Of a DNA stretch of 64,000 nt, positions 42,115-64,000 are shown one piece after another. Location of the stretch: assembly GCA_030141605.1 (NCBI GenBank), contig JAQGDQ010000269.1, forward strand, positions 62,001 to 126,000, read 5' to 3'. Made by a program: the position numbers and the translations under genes. This DNA comes from Tubiluchus corallicola (taxonomy: Eukaryota; Animalia; Priapulida). Below the pieces are notes generated by a model that saw nothing but the letters and a program-made list of their open reading frames with translations, was not told where the DNA came from and did not search any database. Numbering within the stretch: the first letter of the stretch is position 1; each line of letters opens with the position of its first letter.

Positions 42115-44414
42115 ATGGGGTCTATTATTGCCAAAGGAATGGACGAAAATATGAAGAAGCAGCAGGAGTTCATGCTAGCTAATGGTCGTTTACAGGTAAA
42201 TAAATGAGTCTGCATTGATTTTTATACTTTTTATTTATACCATATAGTGATGACAGGTAAGTACAGGTCATCCCGAAACGCTTTCCCATAAACGAGTCGT
42301 TATTCGTCATCCTGATAGAGGTGTTTATAAAACAGACCTCCATCATCATTTAGCCCAGCTTCTCCTCTTTCAAAAGAGCTATAAATTTCCTTCCAAGACT
42401 GCCAACAAGAGCCAAGAGTATGTTTTTTCTACACGGTGTTCCTGCATGGAGCAAAAAGTGGTAATTTTTGGATGTTTTTCACATGTCCTTCCTAGGGGAA
42501 CACTATGTACAAAAAATGTCCTTGCAGTGCTCCTGTTTTCAAAAAATCTAGCAAGACCATGTTTGGGGGGGGGGGGGAAATTGAATTATTGGTATAAGGG
42601 CACTCTTGGTACCATGCATCTTTACACCACACAATTAACCGGGGGCTAACAACCTAGTTAGTCCGTTTTTGATTTTTTGCCGTAGTCAAACTTGTAGTCT
42701 CCAGGACCATTCATTTAAGCCAAATGAGTCAGTCACCTGCCACATTGCAGTTGTGCAGTCATGAGCCACTATACAGGTGGACAGGTAGGTAGACTGTTCA
42801 ACCCTTTAGCGCATCGGAGTAACGTGATCTATAAGTTGTTTGCATTACTCCTCACCTGACTGCACATGGAACCCCAATGAGTCCCACTCTTTGAAAAGAA
42901 ACATCATACACAGAATGTGCATTTTCAGTTACACTTCAGTGCAACCAGGTAAATTCAATGATTTAAAAAATACTAAGTGTTTATTTCTTACTTTTGCAAA
43001 ATGAAGGTATTCCATTCAACCATTGCTTCTTGGCAAGTGAAAACGTTCAGTTTTTGTTGTTCTTCTCAAAACTGCCACAAGTGCATTTGCAAGGCATTTT
43101 CAGAAAATGAGAGAGAGCGCTTGGTGGGATCTTGGAGGAAAACTTATAGCTCTTTGGGATGAGTAGAAACCGGATTATACCGTGATGTGGGTTTCTTTTA
43201 CAAACGTCTCTTCCAAGATGAAGAGTTGTGAGTTAATTTGGGGACATTTTTTCTGGATGACCCTGTATATGTTATACTTTGTTGTATTATATTTATGACA
43301 GGTGAGCGTGTTGTGGTTTTTACAGGCATTGTTTCTGCTTATAGCACCAGCAGTCAGAGTTACCATCTGTGTTTGCTCTTGGAACAGCACCTCCTTGTTT
43401 AATTACTATTAAAAGTATTAATAAAAAAAATTTCACAGTGCAAAATGAGGCTGCGAGATTAATAGGCGATCGCTAGTATCTAATTTTGGCACTACTGATG
43501 TGCAAACTGATCAGTGATCAATGCTCAGAGATTGTATAAATTATCGAGTTTGTTGCAGATGGAGCGCCAGATCCAGATGCAGCGATTGATGCAGCAGAGG
43601 ATGATGGCTACCAAAATTTCACAGTCCAGGGAATTATTTTGGTGGTGGCTTGCGTTCTACGGCACTGCTGCAGTTGGCATGTTTGTTGGGTAGGCAGTTA
43701 CTGTGTTCTAGTCAACTATGTCATCTTGATTAGACAGAATTAATTAAAGGAAAGGCCAAGCCTTCTGGGAAGTTGAGCTTATTTCACTGTTTGATAAAAA
43801 TGTGAGAAGGATTTAGCTTTGATAAGCGTCTCATGCAAATAGTAAAATCTGTTTTTTTAAACAGTATTTTACAATTTGATTTTGTAGCGCAAAGAAGAGA
43901 AAAAATAACGGCATGCTTGCACCACTGGTGCCTTTATCATTCATCGTAGGATATTTGGGCGACTTGGCGTATGGAACAAAGATCGAACGGATACGAAGTA
44001 AGTTACCTTGCCATTTTCATTTTAGGTTACTAATCATTTTAATTCACGAATGTAAAACAAATAGTATAGAGAACTAAAATATTTTTTACTGAAATGTACC
44101 AATTTGCTACCAATAAATGATGCTGAAATTTTTGTTACTAAAATGTGCCAAATTTTATGAAATTTACTTCATATATGGCACTGACTTATTTTTTTACTGA
44201 AATATACCAAATTCGCTACATAGATGGCTATGACATATTTTTTATTGAAATGTGCCAAATTTATCTCATAGATGGTGCTGAGGTGATCATGCTGGAGCAA
44301 GATGATTTGTTAGCAATGCCTTGTGGACCGCCAACGTTTGCAACAATAGAAAACGAAAGATTAAAACAACGAGATAAGGACACATTTGAACATAAACATG
44401 ACCTGTTCCTCTGA
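42115..44414 (+). CDS. PLGRKT: Plasminogen receptor (KT) homolog / C9orf46 family (4 exons, 154 aa)
   Basis: Exons 42115-42195, 43559-43689, 43888-43997, 44272-44414 (465 nt). MGSIIAKGMDENMKKQQEFML..RLQMERQIQMQ..MQQRMMA...SRELF.W...FYG and PLVPLSFIVGY.GDLAYGTKIERIR..AE.IM...LL.MP.G..TF..IE match the PLGRKT family. Confidence 0.9.
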
Positions 44415-45809
44415 GCTTCAATAGTCTTAAGAAAAAATCATTGTTTATTTCCTTTATTACAACAAATTTCTATTTATCTGGTGTGCAGGTTCTACATAGA
44501 GTTATAAACGTTTGTACCAATTTCATGGTTCTTATGTAACTGCAATCACAGAAATGATTACTTATGTAAATGTGGTAGAGCAGGACCTGAGACTGAACTG
44601 CTTGTTTTGCATAAATTTAGCTTTACATTTACCGAGACCCACCGTTCCTACCTATTGTACTGTAGACACTCTTAATAGACAGGTAACAGGCACTTAGGCA
44701 GGAAAAGACAGATTTTTATAAGTAATGACCATTAGTAAATAAGATAGCTGATCAGCATAGCTGACCTATTAGAGTGCCTTGGCATTTTTTGTTTTTTGTG
44801 TAAACGAAGCATCACAATGTTTGTAGTACTTACTTTCGCTACAGATATTTGTAAATAATGAAAGATTTTCGATTGCAAACTACCCACTTGACTTTCTTTG
44901 AGGGACATCTTTGAGTAATATGGTAAGGGTCTTTTATAACTGGTGTGCGTGGGCAGCAGGCGTGTATATGTATATGTACATCATTACTTGAAGAGTTTAT
45001 TCTTCGGGGTAAAAAAATCAGTGGAATACCTTTGTACAGGGGCATGATTGGTGAACGGGGGGTGGGAGGAGTAGAACTTTTACGCCACAGGATTTCAACG
45101 GCAGAAAAAAATAGAATAGTTTTTGCTGCCATAATGGGATTTGATGACCATTTGCCAGTGTAGGTCAACTATGACCATCCAGACAAAAAACCCTGTCTGG
45201 AAGTAATGAACTTAAGCTACAACTCCATGTGCGAGTGATGCATATTCAGACAATAACCATTACATTTGAGTGAATATGTATCACGGATTGCGCATTCCGT
45301 ACACATGGAAACAGTTCCACGTGTTTAAATATAAACTGTAAGGGCAGTAAGGATCACGCATTACGCGCACATGGAGTCGTACCTTTATGCAGAATACAAC
45401 TTCTCCTTAACAACCATCGAAGAGATTAGAACAGAATCATAACTGCGGCTAACTGTTTTCATGCTGTCTTTCCATTTAAATGGGATTTTGCTGTAATAAT
45501 ATGAGTCCAGGGTCACTACTATTCAATAGGTATATTTGCTTAGGTAATGATAATTTTCGAAATTATTCGTGAACTCAATTTGTTGCAATGATCAGCCGAA
45601 TTATTACATATTGATTAATTATGTGTTTTAAATTGTATACAGATTGAATGCAATAGTTAGTTGCCTTCTGATATCATGACAGGTGTGCAAGTGCCAGTCA
45701 TCATCATCATCATCATCATCATATGCCCGCTAAGTCTATTGTTGACATTGGGCAGGCAGACTTCTAAAATAAAAAAAAACTGCCTTCAAGACCAATCCTT
45801 AGCAATAGG

Positions 45810-46076
45810 CAGGGCCGGATTATCCTATAGGCTGCAGTATAGCCTGCAGTATAGATATTTCTTAAATGATATTTTTATTGACAAACAAGTCAAGTCTATT
45901 CTAGTTTGTTTTAAAAAATTGAAATAAGTTTACTTCAAGCTATGTAAATGTCGCTAAAATATATCACTAGTAAAAACATTCAAGACTGGTGCAAGTGAGT
46001 TAAGTGTGGCTCCATCTGAGGGGGGGGGCATAATTTCATTAGGCTAGGGATCCCAATTAGTCATAATCTGGCCCTG
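45810..46076. mobile_element. hAT-type MITE with perfect 8-bp TSD
   Basis: TIR CAGGGCCGGATTAT...ATAATCTGGCCCTG; TSD GCAATAGG at 45802-45809 and 46077-46084. Related internal sequence at about 6200-6415, 21660-21975 and 59150-59350. Confidence 0.88.
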
Positions 46077-47888
46077 GCAATAGGCAAAAAGCGACAGTTA
46101 CTTCCAAACAGTACAGTATGCTTTGCAGAGCGTGACTGGCATCACACTAGCATTCTGTAAAACAAATAAATTTCACTTTAGCTCAAATTAGTGATTAATT
46201 TTATTGTAGCATAAAAGTTTATTTTTTGAGGGAATAGTTTTATGTGTTCATGTTAGCGTACATTTTTTTTGTGTGAATATTAGTAAATTAGCCACAAGAT
46301 AATAATTAATTTTATTATGAAAATAAAGCATAGGTATAGTTGTGAAATTACATTAATCATATCTTAAATTAATGCAGTTTGTGCAATTAAAATAATGTAA
46401 TTAGAATGAGCTTTCTGGGAGTGTAAAAGAAAAGATAATGTTCTTGGCAAAATTATCACTATGTCTAGAACATATAAATGTTGTTATTAAAACAATTATT
46501 ATTATTAATATTAATAAATACAAGCTCTTTCAACTGTTTAGCCAATTCTGTTCATTGTTTTTATTAAAGATTAATTTAATGACTCGAACACACAAATAAT
46601 GCCTTACATTAAATATATCAGGAAAGAACTTTGTGGTTCACATAAAATAGTCAGATGTGTTAAAATGGAATGAGATCTTCTGAATTTTGACACATATTTG
46701 GGCATGCAATAGGTAAGACAAATAACGATATATAATTGTTTCAATTATGATAAGCTTTTGAAAACAATTGCTGTGCTCTCGTAGTTGGACCTTAAACCTG
46801 TTGTCGTATATATATTATTAATGTTAGTGTATGTAGATTAATTGTTATTCTTATGCTGACACTGATATACGACATACAATCACACACACACACGTGTGGT
46901 CTCTGCCCTTGCACAATTTATAATTTATGTAAGAATAGTGTGAATAGTTGACATTTAATTTGTGAGTGAAATAGTTAGAATTAATATTCTGATACATGAA
47001 ACACGCTACTTACCATCACAGTTATATGTATTCGCATGTTAAGTGATTAATTAAGATCAGTTTGCAGAAGTTAAGCATAGTTGGTTGCGCTTAGCATTTG
47101 AGTAGGTGTTTTGGAATTTGGTAAAATTGAGCACTGGCCAAACCTTTGTTTTTAAATCCAAATAAGAACTGCATTCAGGAACAGTTCAACTGTCCTTGCA
47201 TTTAAGTAAGTAGGCCTAAATTTTAGAGATATTCGACTTTGTATCGTAGGAAAATTAGGAACTAGTTTCTTCCAGTGGAACAAAAGTATCGCTGTCTTCT
47301 AATGCCACACGTCTTTAATGGAACGAATTATAGTAAAAATGAATTTATGAAAAAGCTTAAATTCAAGTGTTGTCAGTTTATCATTTCCGTTTCTTGTAGA
47401 CTTCTTGAAAATTTATTTAGCAAGTAAGAAGCAAAAACAGTTTTCTATTAATTAAAGAATTCCTCAATTAAGAAGCCAGGGGAAAAAACTATATTGTAAG
47501 CAGCTGCTCTAGAAAAAACTCACAATTAAAAAATGAAAAGAAAACACAATGTTTCAAGCTACCGCTGTAGTTTATCTTCAGGCGAAAGAATAAGAAAGAA
47601 AAAAGAAAATTACTAATAATAATTTTTAGAACGTTCTATACTTGTCAATAAGAATTAAATTTGCAGCCTAGTCTAGAACAGCTTTCTCGTATTCGTCGTG
47701 CTAGTAATGAAAGCTAACACGTGGGTGAGGGTCTCAGACTGACATTTCTGTGCATAGTACAGTGCACCTTCTAGACAGCTGGGTTACTACTAGACATCTG
47801 GGCTATCATATCCTACGAAGCTGCTCCCTCGACCGTTGCATGTGTTCCACGATCATAGTGAAAAAAATCACCTTTATACCTTCAGCCA

Positions 47889-62973
<15,085 letters not shown>

Positions 62974-63843
62974 GTAAGAATATTACATACCTTTTTAAGA
63001 AGAAAACTTCTTCTTAAAGTTTTCACTATAGTTGTTACCTATTAATTAAATAGTATTAACATTCTTGAATGAAAACAGGTTGATTTTTCATATGGTACCC
63101 CATTTTGAAATATGGTAACAAGTATGCATTTTAAGGCTTATAATAATTACAAAGCTTTTTGCATAATTAAATAATAAGTTAAAATCTTAATTAACAGCAG
63201 GTGAACCCAACTAGTGATGGCATCACAACTGAACATAGTATTTAATAGCACAAACATTCCATGAGCGTATTGCACGTGTTTGCAAAAGCGAAAATTGAAT
63301 CATAGTGCTACTGTATAACAGTCAGTGTGACAAAAATTCAAATTTCAAGTTTACATCTGTGCTCACTCATGAGCTTTTGAATGTGCGCACTGTATCACAA
63401 CTGAACTGAGGGGCACAGCTCCTGGTTTTTGTGCAATGCGTTTCCAAGATTTGGACACTAGTGCCCATCTAACTGGACATGACGAAATGCATGTCACTGC
63501 AAAGAACTAGCCACGTGAAATTACCATTCTATGGTAATATATTCTTTCACTATAAAAAATAGTATATTCCTTTTCAATATTTTATAGGATTGATTGTTTT
63601 GAGCTATAATTTAAGTTGGGTTTTCTTTAATAGTGGCTTGACCATATTAGTGTCAGTATTGAAAATATTTGGTTTCAGTTCCCCGTGGAGATGCAAAGTT
63701 TTTTAGACTCTAATTTCGCCGTGCTTTCTCTGTTTATATGATTGATTTTGTGCATTATTTTGATACAAAATGAATTGCAATTCCCCATAGGATAGACTTA
63801 TATTGGCTAGTAGTGTAAATTTCTGACTGGTGAAAGTCAGAAT

Positions 63844-63916
63844 ACCTCTGTGGTCTAACAATTAGCACATCTGTCTGAAAAGCAGAAGGCCCTTGGTTCA
63901 AGTCTCAGTGGAGGTG
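63844..63916 (+). pseudogene. tRNA-like sequence (Phe-GAA-like anticodon arm), probably a SINE head or pseudo-tRNA
   Basis: Acceptor stem ACCTCTG/TGGAGGT, anticodon arm TCTGT-CTGAAAA-GCAGA and T-loop GGTTCAAGTC. The D-loop lacks GG and the T-stem is mismatched. A more degenerate copy with the same tail (ggag.tgcaaa..ttt.agact..aattt) lies at about 63625-63716. Confidence 0.55.
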
Positions 63917-64000
63917 CAAAAACTTTCAGACTTCAATTTAATATTGTTTTCTTATATTTATTTGATTGCATGCAGCCAAGTTGAATAGCTGAATGTTCAC

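Overview
AT-rich, intron-rich genomic DNA of an invertebrate animal, probably a protostome given a Ptp99A-type phosphatase. By reading splice sites by hand I reconstructed six genes. (1) Mitochondrial GTP:AMP phosphotransferase AK3, minus strand, 5 exons, 230 aa. (2) Pumilio homolog 3 (PUM3/penguin), plus strand and head-to-head with AK3, 15 exons, about 665 aa. (3) A small signal peptide-FN3-TM protein of 225 aa, minus strand, 6 exons, which the ORF track does not show as a gene. (4) An intronless 1233-aa Ptp99A/R5-type receptor tyrosine phosphatase lying on the same strand inside intron 1 of gene 3 and apparently sharing its first exon and promoter. (5) PLGRKT, plus strand, 4 exons. (6) A multi-domain angiotensin-converting enzyme (peptidase M2), plus strand, running off the window end. 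Introns hold hAT-type MITEs with 8-bp TSDs, a solo LTR, a TTAA-type dispersed repeat, tRNA-derived SINE-like pieces, microsatellites and a 2.1-kb 30-bp minisatellite. The most interesting structure is the nested, probably retroposed phosphatase with a shared first exon: one promoter could give either a small FN3 membrane protein or a receptor phosphatase. All gene models are manual and have no transcript support.
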